A stretch of 64,000 bases of DNA from Tepidisphaera sp. Its GTDB lineage: Bacteria > Planctomycetota > Phycisphaerae > Phycisphaerales > UBA1924. Both the position numbers and the translations under genes were made by a program. How positions within the stretch are numbered: position 1 is the stretch's first letter; each line of letters starts with the position of its first letter. The notes under the pieces were generated by a model, which saw only the letters and a list, made by a program, of their open reading frames with translations, was not told the DNA's origin and did not search any database. The DNA is taken from positions 1,760,001-1,824,000 of the forward strand of contig CP051526.1 of assembly GCA_050916045.1 (NCBI GenBank), read 5' to 3'. This document shows positions 17,068-27,629 of this stretch, piece after piece.

Positions 17068-17769
17068 TCAGCTCTGCGGGATCTCGACCCACTCGTGGGG
17101 CAGGTGGCGCACGATCGCGCCCGTCGCCGCGTAGATCACCTGTTCGGCGATGTTGGTGCAGTGGTCGGCCATGAGCTCGCACTGGCTGCCGATCTCGTGC
17201 AGGCGGAAGGCGAAGTCGACGTTCATGGTGCCCTTGGCGATCCGCTGTTCGGCGTCCTTCAGGATGGCGTCCTTGAAGGCGGTCACGGCGTGCTGGCTTT
17301 GCAGGACCATCTTGGCCATGCGGGCGTCGCCGCGTTCGACGCAGATGTTGGTGTCGCGGATGATGCCAACGACGCTGTTGGCCATCATGCGGAAGGTGCC
17401 CGGGCACCCTTGGGCACAGACCGCGTCCGTGCGCACATACTCGGCGACATCAACGCCCGCGTCGGCGATGCGCTCAAGCTCGTTGTTGATCTTGGCGAAG
17501 GTCAGAACCGCGCGGACGGCCGAGGGCTCGAGCGACGCTCCGGACCGGGCTGCTTCGGTCAGAAGGTCGACGCACTGCTTCTCGAACGCGACGTCAGCCA
17601 CGTCGATGGCGTCGTCCTGGGCGATGGCTTCGACGGACTTGGAGGTGTCACCGGTGAACGCAGCGTCGAACGCGGACTCGATGAGCCCTTGGACGCGTCG
17701 GCCCTGGGTCACAAGGTCGACCTTGAGCGCTTCGATCCGTTTCCCGAAGTCAGCGGCGGTGGTTGGCAT
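17068..17769 (-). CDS. phoU: Phosphate uptake regulator PhoU
   Basis: DDAIDVADVAFEK, KINNELERIAD, ELMADHCTNIAEQVIY..TG.IVRH. Confidence 0.9.
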   Translation of the reverse strand: MPTTAADFGKRIEALKVDLVTQGRRVQGLIESAFDAAFTGDTSKSVEAIAQDDAIDVADVAFEKQCVDLLTEAARSGASLEPSAVRAVLTFAKINNELERIADAGVDVAEYVRTDAVCAQGCPGTFRMMANSVVGIIRDTNICVERGDARMAKMVLQSQHAVTAFKDAILKDAEQRIAKGTMNVDFAFRLHEIGSQCELMADHCTNIAEQVIYAATGAIVRHLPHEWVEIPQS

Positions 17770-17867
17770 AGATCTGAAGGATGTTAGGCAGACCGCGAGA
17801 AGCGTCGGGCGAGCGTCCGATCGGGCCGGTCCGTCTGGGGCGGGCCGGTTGGGGCTGTCGGGTTGGC

Positions 17868-18635
17868 TTAGGGGCTTGGGACGGTGATGGTTTCCCACGC
17901 CTGCTCGTCGCGGAGGCCGGCGATGCACTCGGCGACGACCGTCGCGATGGCTTCGGGCGCGAGCGCGCGCTCCGGCGGCAGGAGGTCGGTGTCCACGATC
18001 GCCCGGAGCATGGAAGTCTCAACGGCGCCGGGAGCAACGACGAAGCAGCGGATGCCGAGGTCCTTGGCTTCGGCGCGGGCGGAGCGGGCCATCGAGTTGA
18101 GCGACGACTTGGCGGCGGCGTACGCGAACAAGCCGGGGAAGGGGTCGATCGTCGCCATGGACGAGACCAGCACGAGGCAGCCGCCACGGAGGCTCTCTTC
18201 CTGTGAGCGGCCGGCGGCATGGTCCAAGGCGTTCTGGGCTTGGAACTGCTTCCACGCCGCGACCATGAGATACGCGGGGCCGAGAGCGTTGACCTCGAAG
18301 ACTTCGCGGATCATCGCCGGGGTGTGCTTCTCGATCGGCGTGCACGGAGCCAAGCCAGCGTTGCTCACGACGACGTCAAGCCGGCCAAAGGTCTCAACCG
18401 CCGCATCGATCAGGCGTTCGGAGGTCTCTGGATCGGCAATGTCGCCGGTTACGATCGTCCACGGCGACGTGAGCATCGCCGCGGTTTCTTCGAGAGCGGC
18501 GCGCCTGCGGCCGGAAAGCACCAACCTGCACCCGCGCCGCGCCAGGTCGAGCGCGATCGCACGCCCGATGCCGGAGCCCGCGCCCGTGACCACCACGACC
18601 GGCTCGGCTTTCGGGGATGGGTTCCCGGAGGGCAT
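17868..18635 (-). CDS. Short-chain dehydrogenase/reductase
   Basis: VTGAGSGIG, FGRLDVVVSNAG, VSS, YAAAK, VAPGAVET. Confidence 0.92.
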   Translation of the reverse strand: MPSGNPSPKAEPVVVVTGAGSGIGRAIALDLARRGCRLVLSGRRRAALEETAAMLTSPWTIVTGDIADPETSERLIDAAVETFGRLDVVVSNAGLAPCTPIEKHTPAMIREVFEVNALGPAYLMVAAWKQFQAQNALDHAAGRSQEESLRGGCLVLVSSMATIDPFPGLFAYAAAKSSLNSMARSARAEAKDLGIRCFVVAPGAVETSMLRAIVDTDLLPPERALAPEAIATVVAECIAGLRDEQAWETITVPSP

Positions 18636-18697
18636 GCCGGTGATCGTACGCGAAGGGGCTTCGGCGGGGCTTGGTTGACGCCGTACACTGCGGTCCC

Positions 18698-20632
18698 ATG
18701 CGATCCACGGTCATCTTCGCGTTCGTCGCGCTGGTGGTGATCCTGGGCGTGCCGTTCGCGATGCGATCGGCCGCTCCGGCGGCCATGCGCCCGGACGTCC
18801 CCAAGATCATCATCATCACCCCGCACGTCCGGCAGATCTCCGAGGAGTTCACCACGGCGTTCAAAGCGTGGTACAAGCAGCGGCACGCTTCCTCCCCCGG
18901 AGGCGGCGAGGTCGAGATCGACTGGCGGGGGCCCTTCGGCACCTCCGAGATCGTCAAACTGCTCCAAGCCCAGTTCACCGCCGTGATGCATCGCGAGCTC
19001 GACCGGGTCCGTCGCGAGCAGCCCGAACTGCTTCTTGACCCAACCTTCGCGCTCGACAGCACGATCGCGCCCGGTGACATCGGTTTTGATCTGTTCTTCG
19101 GCGGAGGCAGCTTCGACCACACCCGCGTCAAGACGCGGGAGACGGCGCTCGTCGCCGTGCCCGTGCTTGCCGGGGGCGGCGTCCGCGAAGCGACGCTGAC
19201 CAAGCCCGATGCCATCTCGCAAAGCAACCTCGCGACCCTCCGCGAGTTCCGTGCCGACGTCTCGCTCGACGGCAAGCCTCCGGTCCGCCTGCTCATTCCG
19301 GTCGCGGCGGTGCAGGGCGGATCGGCGGCGCTCGACCCGATCGTCAAGGGCGAGAAGGAGCTCAAGCTCACCCTCGATACCTCGAAGATCGTCCGCGAGT
19401 TCACCGTGCGGATGTCGGCGAAAGCCGGGCTGACGCCGGAGGAACTCGCTCCGCTTGGAGACGGCAAGATCGGCGCCGACCGCCTCTTTGACCCGGATCA
19501 GTACTGGATCGGCACAGCCCTGTCGAGCTTCGGCATCGTCTTCAACCGCGAGCTCATGGAGGATGCCGGGTTCAAGAAGGACCCCCAGAGCTTTTCCGAC
19601 CTGACCAATCCCAAGCTCGCCGGGCTTGTCGCGCTCGCCGACCCGCGGCAGTCCGGGTCGTTCACGACGACGATCGACATGCTGCTGAGCAGCTTTGTCT
19701 GGAGAGCCGGCGCCATCGGCGGATGGGGCGACATGCTCGCCGAACGCGGCGGCCTCGACAAAGCCCGCCAAGCCGGCCACGGTGATGAGATCGACGAAGC
19801 CTGGCGGCAGGGTTGGCGCACCCTCCGCGAGATCACCGCCAACGCCCGTTACTTCGCCAGTTCCTCCACCAAACCGCCCATCGATGTCGGGCAGGGTGAA
19901 GCCGCCGCCGGCCTCGCGATCGACTTCTACGGCAAAAGCCAAGCTCAGGCGATCCTCCGTCCCGGGCAGAACCCCGCCGACGGCCGCGTCGGATACGTCG
20001 ACCCCCTCGGCGAAAGCAATTACGACGCCGACCCCGTCACGATCCTCACCGGCGCTCCGAACTTCGAGCTGGCTCAGGAATTCGTCCGGTTCTGCCTCAC
20101 CAAGGAAGCGCAGGCGCTCTGGCAGTTCCTCCCCGGCGACGAGAAAGCCCCCCTTCGTGCCGACGGCAAACCGATGGGGCCCAAGACGCACGCTCTCCGC
20201 CGACTCCCCATCCGCCGCGACATGTATGAAGCGCCGTACTTCGAACGCTTCGTCGATCAGGTCAAGCCGTTCGAGCGTGCTCCCAAAGCTCCGCCCGTCG
20301 GCTGGCGGAGCGCCATCGCCGTCATGATGCCCGCGTTCAGCGTCGATGTCCTCGACGACCAGCACGCCGCGTGGGAGGTCCTCTGCAAGCGTCGCCGCGA
20401 GGCAGACTTCTCTCGCGAAGCCCTCGGCAGGATGGAAGAGCTCTTCTACGCCTTCCCGCCCACGACCCTGCCGGACGGCCGCGTGCTGGAGTTCAACCCG
20501 ACCAACTACCCGGCCATTGCGGCGGCGTGGCGGGCTTCGACCAGCGCCGGTCGCCTCAAGCAGGACTTCCTGCTGGGGTACACGAAGTTCTTCCGGGAGA
20601 ACTACCGCGAGGTCGTGCGATTGGGCGAATAA
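18698..20632 (+). CDS. ABC transporter substrate-binding protein (Fe3+/AfuA-like family) with insertions
   Basis: IITPH, DLFFGGG, ALSSFGIVFN, ALADPRQSGS, V.QGEAAAGLAIDFYG, DPV.IL.GAPN.ELA..FV.F. Confidence 0.82.
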   Translation: MRSTVIFAFVALVVILGVPFAMRSAAPAAMRPDVPKIIIITPHVRQISEEFTTAFKAWYKQRHASSPGGGEVEIDWRGPFGTSEIVKLLQAQFTAVMHRELDRVRREQPELLLDPTFALDSTIAPGDIGFDLFFGGGSFDHTRVKTRETALVAVPVLAGGGVREATLTKPDAISQSNLATLREFRADVSLDGKPPVRLLIPVAAVQGGSAALDPIVKGEKELKLTLDTSKIVREFTVRMSAKAGLTPEELAPLGDGKIGADRLFDPDQYWIGTALSSFGIVFNRELMEDAGFKKDPQSFSDLTNPKLAGLVALADPRQSGSFTTTIDMLLSSFVWRAGAIGGWGDMLAERGGLDKARQAGHGDEIDEAWRQGWRTLREITANARYFASSSTKPPIDVGQGEAAAGLAIDFYGKSQAQAILRPGQNPADGRVGYVDPLGESNYDADPVTILTGAPNFELAQEFVRFCLTKEAQALWQFLPGDEKAPLRADGKPMGPKTHALRRLPIRRDMYEAPYFERFVDQVKPFERAPKAPPVGWRSAIAVMMPAFSVDVLDDQHAAWEVLCKRRREADFSREALGRMEELFYAFPPTTLPDGRVLEFNPTNYPAIAAAWRASTSAGRLKQDFLLGYTKFFRENYREVVRLGE

Positions 20633-20700
20633 CTCGCGACTGGGCCTCGGGCTGACCTGAAAGGGTGAATCCGGGACCATCCCGCACCGATGGAGGAAGG

Positions 20701-22329
20701 ATGCGCGATACGCTCCAGCCGCTTGTTCCTTCCGTCCGACCCCTTCCGATGCTCCGCGAGGAGCCTGTCGCGAGTGCCACGATGTCCAATCCCGAACCGG
20801 TTCCGCCCATGCTCGCCAAGATCGTGGCCACGATCGGACCCGCGTCCGATTCGGCCGAGATGGTCCGTAAACTCATCGAAGCGGGCGTCTCGGTCTTCCG
20901 ATTCAACTTCTCGCACGGCGATTTCGCGGCCCATGGCAAGCGGCTTCAGACCGTGCGCACGGTCGCGCAGGAGATGGGCCGGCCGGTGGCGTGCCTGGGC
21001 GATCTGCAGGGGCCCAAGATTCGCGTCGGCAAGGTGCCCGAGGGCGGCATCACCGTCGAAGCCGGGCACGATGTGATCTTCCGCATCGGGATGCCGCTCG
21101 CCGGCCTCGAGCGGCAGTTCGGCGGCGACTCGCTCGCCGTATTCCCCGTCACGTACGAAAAGCTCATCTCCGAGGTCGAGCCGGGCCACAAGGTGCTTGT
21201 CAACGACGGCGCGATCCGCATGCTCGCGGTCGAGCGAAACAAGGAGCGCGGTGAGCTTCGCTGCCGCGTGATCGTGGGCGGCCTGATCACCTCGGGGAAG
21301 GGCATCAACCTGCCTCAGAGCAACATCTCTGCTCCGGCGATCACGGACCGGGACTGGGAGTGCGCCCGCTGGGCCGTCGAGAACGACATGGACTATGTCG
21401 CGCTCTCGTTCGTGCGGCGGGCGGAGGAAGTGACCGAGTTGAAGGAACGCCTCAACGCGATGGCTTTGGAATGCCGTGGCGGAAGCAAGGACGACCCGGC
21501 GAACTGGGTGCCTGTGGTCGCGAAGATCGAGAAGCCGCAGGCTTTGGCCGACCTGGACCGGATCGTTCAGGCCGCGGACGGGGTCATGGTCGCCCGCGGC
21601 GACCTGGGCGTTGAAATGGATATCGCCCGTGTCCCGGTCTCCCAGAAGGAGATCGTGGCCAAGTGCGCCGAATGGGGCAAGCCGTGCATCGTCGCGACGC
21701 AGATGCTCGAGACGATGATCGAGAACGCCGTCCCCACGCGGGCCGAAGCCAGCGACGTCGCCAACGCGATCTTCGACGGCGCCGACGCCGTCATGCTCTC
21801 GGCCGAGACCGCCACGGGCAAGCACCCCGCGCTCGTCGTGAGCACGATGCGGCGCATCGTGTCCGCGGCCGAGACGCGAGAGACGACGCTCCCGCCTTCC
21901 GCCAAGCCGCCGCTGAAGTTCATGGATCGATACTCGACGATCGCCGCGCTCGCCCACGGCGCGTGGCACGTCGCCAATGACGTGAAAGCCCGGGCGATCG
22001 TGGTCTGGAGCCAGTGGGGCGGCTCGGCCCGGTACCTCTCGCAGAACGATTTCCACATCCCGATCGTCGCGTACAGCAGCAGCGAGCGGGCGACGCGGCG
22101 GATGGCTCTGTTCGGCAACGTGACGCCGGTGCTCACGCCGCCGCCGGCTTCGGGCACGCTCAAGGAATGGAACGAGCAGGTGGATGCGTACCTGATCGCC
22201 AACGGGTTCGCCAAGCCGGGCGACAAGGTCGTGCTGCTCGCGGGCAAGCCCCTGGGCGTGTCGAAGGTCGTGAACTCGATCGCGATCCACACGGTGGGCG
22301 AAGCCCAGTCGGGCTGGCGAGCCGGCTGA
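20701..22329 (+). CDS. pyk: Pyruvate kinase (start uncertain; 20782 or 20809 possible)
   Basis: KIVATIGPAS, FRFNFSHG, DLQGPKIR, KIEKPQA, DGVMVARGDLGVE, ATQMLE.M, PTRAEASDVANAIFDGADAVMLSAETA. Confidence 0.97.
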   Translation: MRDTLQPLVPSVRPLPMLREEPVASATMSNPEPVPPMLAKIVATIGPASDSAEMVRKLIEAGVSVFRFNFSHGDFAAHGKRLQTVRTVAQEMGRPVACLGDLQGPKIRVGKVPEGGITVEAGHDVIFRIGMPLAGLERQFGGDSLAVFPVTYEKLISEVEPGHKVLVNDGAIRMLAVERNKERGELRCRVIVGGLITSGKGINLPQSNISAPAITDRDWECARWAVENDMDYVALSFVRRAEEVTELKERLNAMALECRGGSKDDPANWVPVVAKIEKPQALADLDRIVQAADGVMVARGDLGVEMDIARVPVSQKEIVAKCAEWGKPCIVATQMLETMIENAVPTRAEASDVANAIFDGADAVMLSAETATGKHPALVVSTMRRIVSAAETRETTLPPSAKPPLKFMDRYSTIAALAHGAWHVANDVKARAIVVWSQWGGSARYLSQNDFHIPIVAYSSSERATRRMALFGNVTPVLTPPPASGTLKEWNEQVDAYLIANGFAKPGDKVVLLAGKPLGVSKVVNSIAIHTVGEAQSGWRAG

Positions 22330-22372
22330 GGGCTTTCTCCTACACTGCTCCCCTGTTCGCAAGGAGAGCATC

Positions 22373-23536
22373 ATGGCGAAGGTGATCGTGCTTGGCGCGG
22401 GGATGGTCGGTTCGGTGATGGCGGCGGATCTGGCGGCGGATTCGTCGCTTGAGGTGACCATCGCGGACGTCCGCGAGGAGAACCTCGCGAAAGCGGCGGC
22501 CCGCGCCCCGGGCAAGATCAAGACCGTCAAAGCGGACCTTTCCGACGTGTCCGCGGTGGGCAAGCTCGTCGCTCCGTTCGACATGGTTTGCGGCGCCCTT
22601 GCGAGCAGGCTCGGGTTTCAGACGCTCCGGGCCGTGATCGAAGCCGGGAAGAACTACTGCGACATCTCGTTCTTCGCGGAGGACGCGATGGAGCTTGACG
22701 CTCTCGCCAAGAGCAAGGGCGTGACGGCCGTGGTGGACTGCGGCGTCGCTCCGGGGATGTCGAACATGACGGCGGGGTATGCGGCGAAGCACTTTGACCG
22801 CTGCGACAAGATCGCGATCTATGTTGGCGGATTGCCGCGCGAGCGTCGCTGGCCGTTTGAGTACAAAGCCGGGTTCGCGCCCTCCGACGTCATCGAGGAG
22901 TATGTCCGACCGAGCCGCATCGTGGAGCACGGGAAGATCGTCGTTCGCGAAGCCCTCACCGAGCCGGAACTGCTTGATTTCGACGGCGTCGGCACGCTCG
23001 AAGCGTTCAACACCGACGGCTTGCGGTCGCTCGCGTACACGCTGAAGGTCCCGATGATGGTCGAGAAGACGATGCGGTACCCGGGGCATATCGAGCTGAT
23101 GCGGGTGCTCCGGCACATCGGGCTTTTCTCGCAGGAGGCGATCGAGGTGCCCGGTGCGGATGGGGGGAAGGTGCGCGTGCGCCCGCTTGACGTCATCTCG
23201 ACCCTGATGTTCCCGCAGTGGACTTACGCGAAGGGCGAAGAGGACATGACGATCATGCGGATCACGGCGGAGGGGGAGAAGAGCGGCCATCGCGAGAAGC
23301 TGACGTGGGACCTGTCGGACGTGTACGACAAGCGGACGGAAGCGACGAGCATGTCGCGGACGACGGCGTTCCCGTGCACGATCATGGCGAGGAAGGTGCT
23401 CGCGGGCGAGTTCAAGAAGCCCGGGGTGAACCCGCCGGAGTTCATCGGGATGCAAGCGGGGATGCTTGATTCCGTGATGGCGGAGCTTCGAAATCGCGGG
23501 ATCCGTTACGAGTTTCGTGCGGAGAGACTGGGGTAG
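22373..23536 (+). CDS. Saccharopine dehydrogenase / lysine 6-dehydrogenase family protein
   Basis: LGAGMVG, YCDISF, DCGVAPGMSN, YVGGLP, IEEY.RP, EAFNTDGLRSL, EKTMRYPGH, SMSRTT; AAGGAG SD. Confidence 0.9.
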   Translation: MAKVIVLGAGMVGSVMAADLAADSSLEVTIADVREENLAKAAARAPGKIKTVKADLSDVSAVGKLVAPFDMVCGALASRLGFQTLRAVIEAGKNYCDISFFAEDAMELDALAKSKGVTAVVDCGVAPGMSNMTAGYAAKHFDRCDKIAIYVGGLPRERRWPFEYKAGFAPSDVIEEYVRPSRIVEHGKIVVREALTEPELLDFDGVGTLEAFNTDGLRSLAYTLKVPMMVEKTMRYPGHIELMRVLRHIGLFSQEAIEVPGADGGKVRVRPLDVISTLMFPQWTYAKGEEDMTIMRITAEGEKSGHREKLTWDLSDVYDKRTEATSMSRTTAFPCTIMARKVLAGEFKKPGVNPPEFIGMQAGMLDSVMAELRNRGIRYEFRAERLG

Positions 23537-23599
23537 GTGGGAGAAGTCCGCGTTCTGCGGGCTTGAGCGGCCTTTCGTGAGGCCGGAAAGGGGTGCACC

Positions 23600-24520
23600 A
23601 TGAAGCTCCAGCGTCTGGCCGGGGCGGGACGAGGGCTTTCATTGGTCGAGCTTTTGGTTGTGATTGTGATCGTGGGGATCCTGAGTGTCGTGATGCTTGC
23701 GGTCTTCGGATCGAGGGGACATCGCGGCCCGAGGACGCCCAAGTGTGCTTACAACGTTCGCGGCATCCACCAGGGGATGATCCTCTTCTCCCAGGCCAAC
23801 AGGGACCAGTACCCGCTGCCGTCGGTCCTCGACAAAGCGAACAGCACGGTCGCACTGGCGGAAGGCGCGGATCCGACGAGCAAGGACACGACCGCCGCGA
23901 TCATTTCGACGTTGATCTACGGGACGTTCTTCGGGCCGGAGACTTGCATCAGCCCGGCGGAGAGCAACGGCGCGATCGTGATTGACCACGACTACCAGTT
24001 TGCTCAGCCGCGTGGCGCGGTCGATCCCAGGCTCGCACTCTGGGATCCGGCGTTCTCCGCGGATTTCACCGGCAGCGCGGGAGTCGAGAGCGGCGGCAAG
24101 GGCGAGAGTAACTTCAGCTACGCGCACATGATGCCGTCGGGGGCTCGCGCCGACAAGTGGACGCACACCAACTTTGACGCAGCGCAAGCCGTGCTCGGCA
24201 ACCGCGGGCCGCTCATCACGGGCGTCACGAAGGGAATCCGCAGAGCCGTCACACCCGCCTTCGACACCGGCAGCAACACGCTCCTCATTCACGGCTCACG
24301 CACCGCGTGGGAGGGGAACATCGCGTACAACGACAACCACGTGTCGTTCGAGAGCACGATGTGGACCGAGAGCGTCACGTACAAGGACGCGGCCGGCGCG
24401 GAGTGGCTCGACGTCCTGCACTTCGACGAACCCGACGACGCCTCCGGACTCAACAACTTCCTCGGGATCTACGCGCAAGCCGGGCCGACGCCGGCGGCGT
24501 TCAAGACGATCTGGGACTGA
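23600..24520 (+). CDS. Prepilin-type N-terminal cleavage/methylation (type II secretion/pilin-like) protein
   Basis: RG|LSLVELLVVIVIVGIL, C..N.RGIHQG, C-terminal WEGNIAYNDNHV. Confidence 0.85.
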   Translation: MKLQRLAGAGRGLSLVELLVVIVIVGILSVVMLAVFGSRGHRGPRTPKCAYNVRGIHQGMILFSQANRDQYPLPSVLDKANSTVALAEGADPTSKDTTAAIISTLIYGTFFGPETCISPAESNGAIVIDHDYQFAQPRGAVDPRLALWDPAFSADFTGSAGVESGGKGESNFSYAHMMPSGARADKWTHTNFDAAQAVLGNRGPLITGVTKGIRRAVTPAFDTGSNTLLIHGSRTAWEGNIAYNDNHVSFESTMWTESVTYKDAAGAEWLDVLHFDEPDDASGLNNFLGIYAQAGPTPAAFKTIWD

Positions 24521-24533
24521 GAGGTCATACACC

Positions 24534-25454
24534 ATGGACGCCGATCCGCAACGTCAAGCGACAGCACTCCCACGCCTGCGAGCAAACCGCGGATTTTCGC
24601 TGGTTCAATTGTTCGTCGTCCTCGTCATGTTCGGGCTCGTCGCCGTCTTTGTGACGATCCTGATGCAGCTTTCGCGGGCTCGAGATCTGAGTCGGCAGAT
24701 CAATTGCAGCGCGAACGTGCGAGGGATTCATCAGGGGTTTGTGCTCTCGGCTTCGAATGGTGAAGAGCGTTACATCCTGCCTTCGATCATCGACAAAGCC
24801 GGGAACACGATCCGCGGCGATGCGGCGGCGAAGAACACCACCTCCGCGATCGTTTCCGCCCTGCTCTACGGCACGTACATCAATCCGGAGATGTGCGTCT
24901 CGCCCGCGGAAAAGAGTCCGAACATCAGGGTCATGGAGAACTTTGAGTACGACGCACCCACGGGTACTGTCAACCCCAAGCTCGCGTTGTGGGATCCCGC
25001 GTTCCAAGCCGACTTCACCGCGAAGGGCGGCGGCAACTTCAGCTACGCTCACATGATGCCCGCGGGCGAGCGTCGCAAGCTCTGGACGAACACCTTCAAC
25101 GATCGCGAAGCCGTCATCGGCAACCGAGGTCCGCTCATCTCGTCGGTGTCGAAGGGAGCCTCGCCGAACGTCACGCCGACGTTCAACACGTCGAGCTACA
25201 CCCTCCGCATCCATGGCCCGCGTGCGTCGTGGGAGGGAAACATCGCGTACAACGACAACCACGTGTCGTACGAAGAGACCATGCACGGCTACTTCTCCAA
25301 GGACGCGATCTCGTACGAAGCCGCCGACAAGACGATCTGGCACGACCTCTTCCACTTCGACGAGCCCGACGATCCCTCCGGCCTGAACAACTTCCTCGGC
25401 ATCTACACGCAGGCGGGGCCCACGCCGGCGGCTTTCAAGACGATCTGGGACTGA
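24534..25454 (+). CDS. Prepilin-type protein, tandem paralog of 23600-24520
   Basis: RG|FSLVQLFVVLVMFGLV, SRAR....QINCSANVRGIHQG, WEGNIAYNDNHV, near-identical C-terminus. Confidence 0.85.
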   Translation: MDADPQRQATALPRLRANRGFSLVQLFVVLVMFGLVAVFVTILMQLSRARDLSRQINCSANVRGIHQGFVLSASNGEERYILPSIIDKAGNTIRGDAAAKNTTSAIVSALLYGTYINPEMCVSPAEKSPNIRVMENFEYDAPTGTVNPKLALWDPAFQADFTAKGGGNFSYAHMMPAGERRKLWTNTFNDREAVIGNRGPLISSVSKGASPNVTPTFNTSSYTLRIHGPRASWEGNIAYNDNHVSYEETMHGYFSKDAISYEAADKTIWHDLFHFDEPDDPSGLNNFLGIYTQAGPTPAAFKTIWD

Positions 25455-25559
25455 CGCGCGAGCTCCGACGGCTGGAACGGCGTTGTGGAAACGGTTCCCG
25501 CCCTCGGCATGGTGCTTCGCGTGCCATTCCCACACTCCGCGCGGCGCTCGCGTCGCTGA

Positions 25560-26939
<1,380 letters not shown>

Positions 26940-26949
26940 ATGGCTTTCG

Positions 26950-26999
26950 CCTCCCCCGGCCCCGCCGGGGGAGGTGCCGAGTCTTCGAGGCGGAGGGGG
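26950..26999 (+). repeat. 50-nt hairpin-palindrome repeat, copy 1 (left outer)
   Basis: CCTCCCCCGGC-CCC-GCCGGGGGAGG then TGCCGAGTCTTCGAGGCGGAGGGGG; 48/50 identical to the reverse complement of 27630-27679. Confidence 0.95.
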
Positions 27000-27036
27000 T
27001 TCTGCGATGATCGCAGAGCCCCCGACCCCACCTCTC

Positions 27037-27084
27037 CACCTTCCACGTTGCGACGCTCGACCAGATTCCATGCCGGGTCAGAGG
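27037..27084 (-). repeat. Possible highly degenerate inverted copy of the palindrome repeat (left inner)
   Basis: CCACCT..TGCGACGCTCGACCA..GCCGGG resembles the reverse complement of the 27541-27593 copy (CCACCT..TGCGGCGCTCGGTCA..GCAGGG). Confidence 0.4.
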
Positions 27085-27126
27085 CGACTTTGATGGCTCC
27101 GTGTCGGGGCTGGGACGCTGTTGCAG

Positions 27127-27564
27127 ATGTACCGCCCGCCAGATGATGAGCATCAGGGTTCGCTGCGCCCGACGATCCGGCCCACGGAACGAGCACGCGC
27201 GCACGCGAAGGAACTCCGCGCGGAACTCTCGCCGCCCGAGCGTGTTTTGTGGTCAAAGCTCCGACGCGAGCAACTGCATGGGTTCAAGTTTCGTAAGCAG
27301 CATCCGATGGGTCCTTGGATCGCGGACTTCTATTGCCACGAAGCGCTGCTTGTCGTCGAGATCGACGGATCGACGCACAACGGAGAACGGAAAGACCTCG
27401 ACGACGCTCGTGATCAATGGATGACGGCGCGGAACATCGGTGTTTTCCGCGTGACGGCCCGCGATGTGTTCGAGAATCTCTTCGGCGTGCTCTCGGCGAT
27501 CTCTCGCCGATGTCATGAGCGGGTCGCGAAGCTCCACACGCCTCCCCCGGCCCTGCCGGGATAG
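27127..27564 (+). CDS. DUF559 (Vsr-like, PD-(D/E)xK fold) endonuclease domain protein
   Basis: AKELR...SPPERVLWSKLR..QL.GFKFRKQHPMGPWIADFYC.EA.LVVEIDGSTH.....D.ARDQW....I.VFRV. Confidence 0.93.
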   Translation: MYRPPDDEHQGSLRPTIRPTERARAHAKELRAELSPPERVLWSKLRREQLHGFKFRKQHPMGPWIADFYCHEALLVVEIDGSTHNGERKDLDDARDQWMTARNIGVFRVTARDVFENLFGVLSAISRRCHERVAKLHTPPPALPG

Positions 27565-27593
27565 GTGACCGAGCGCCGCATGGCCGGAGGTGG
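27541..27593 (+). repeat. Degenerate copy of the palindrome repeat (right inner), overlapping the DUF559 stop codon
   Basis: CCTCCCCCGGC-CCT-GCCGGGATAGG-TGACCGAGCGCCGCATGGCCGGAGGTGG. Confidence 0.75.
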
Positions 27594-27629
27594 TGCGGAA
27601 GCGGGGCAGAATGTCGGTCGAAAGGCAAT

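Noticed and set aside
23600..25454. Diversity-generating retroelement (template/variable repeat) behind the shared 3' ends
   Set aside because: Differences are mostly synonymous rather than adenine-specific, both copies are coding, and there is no reverse transcriptase in the window.
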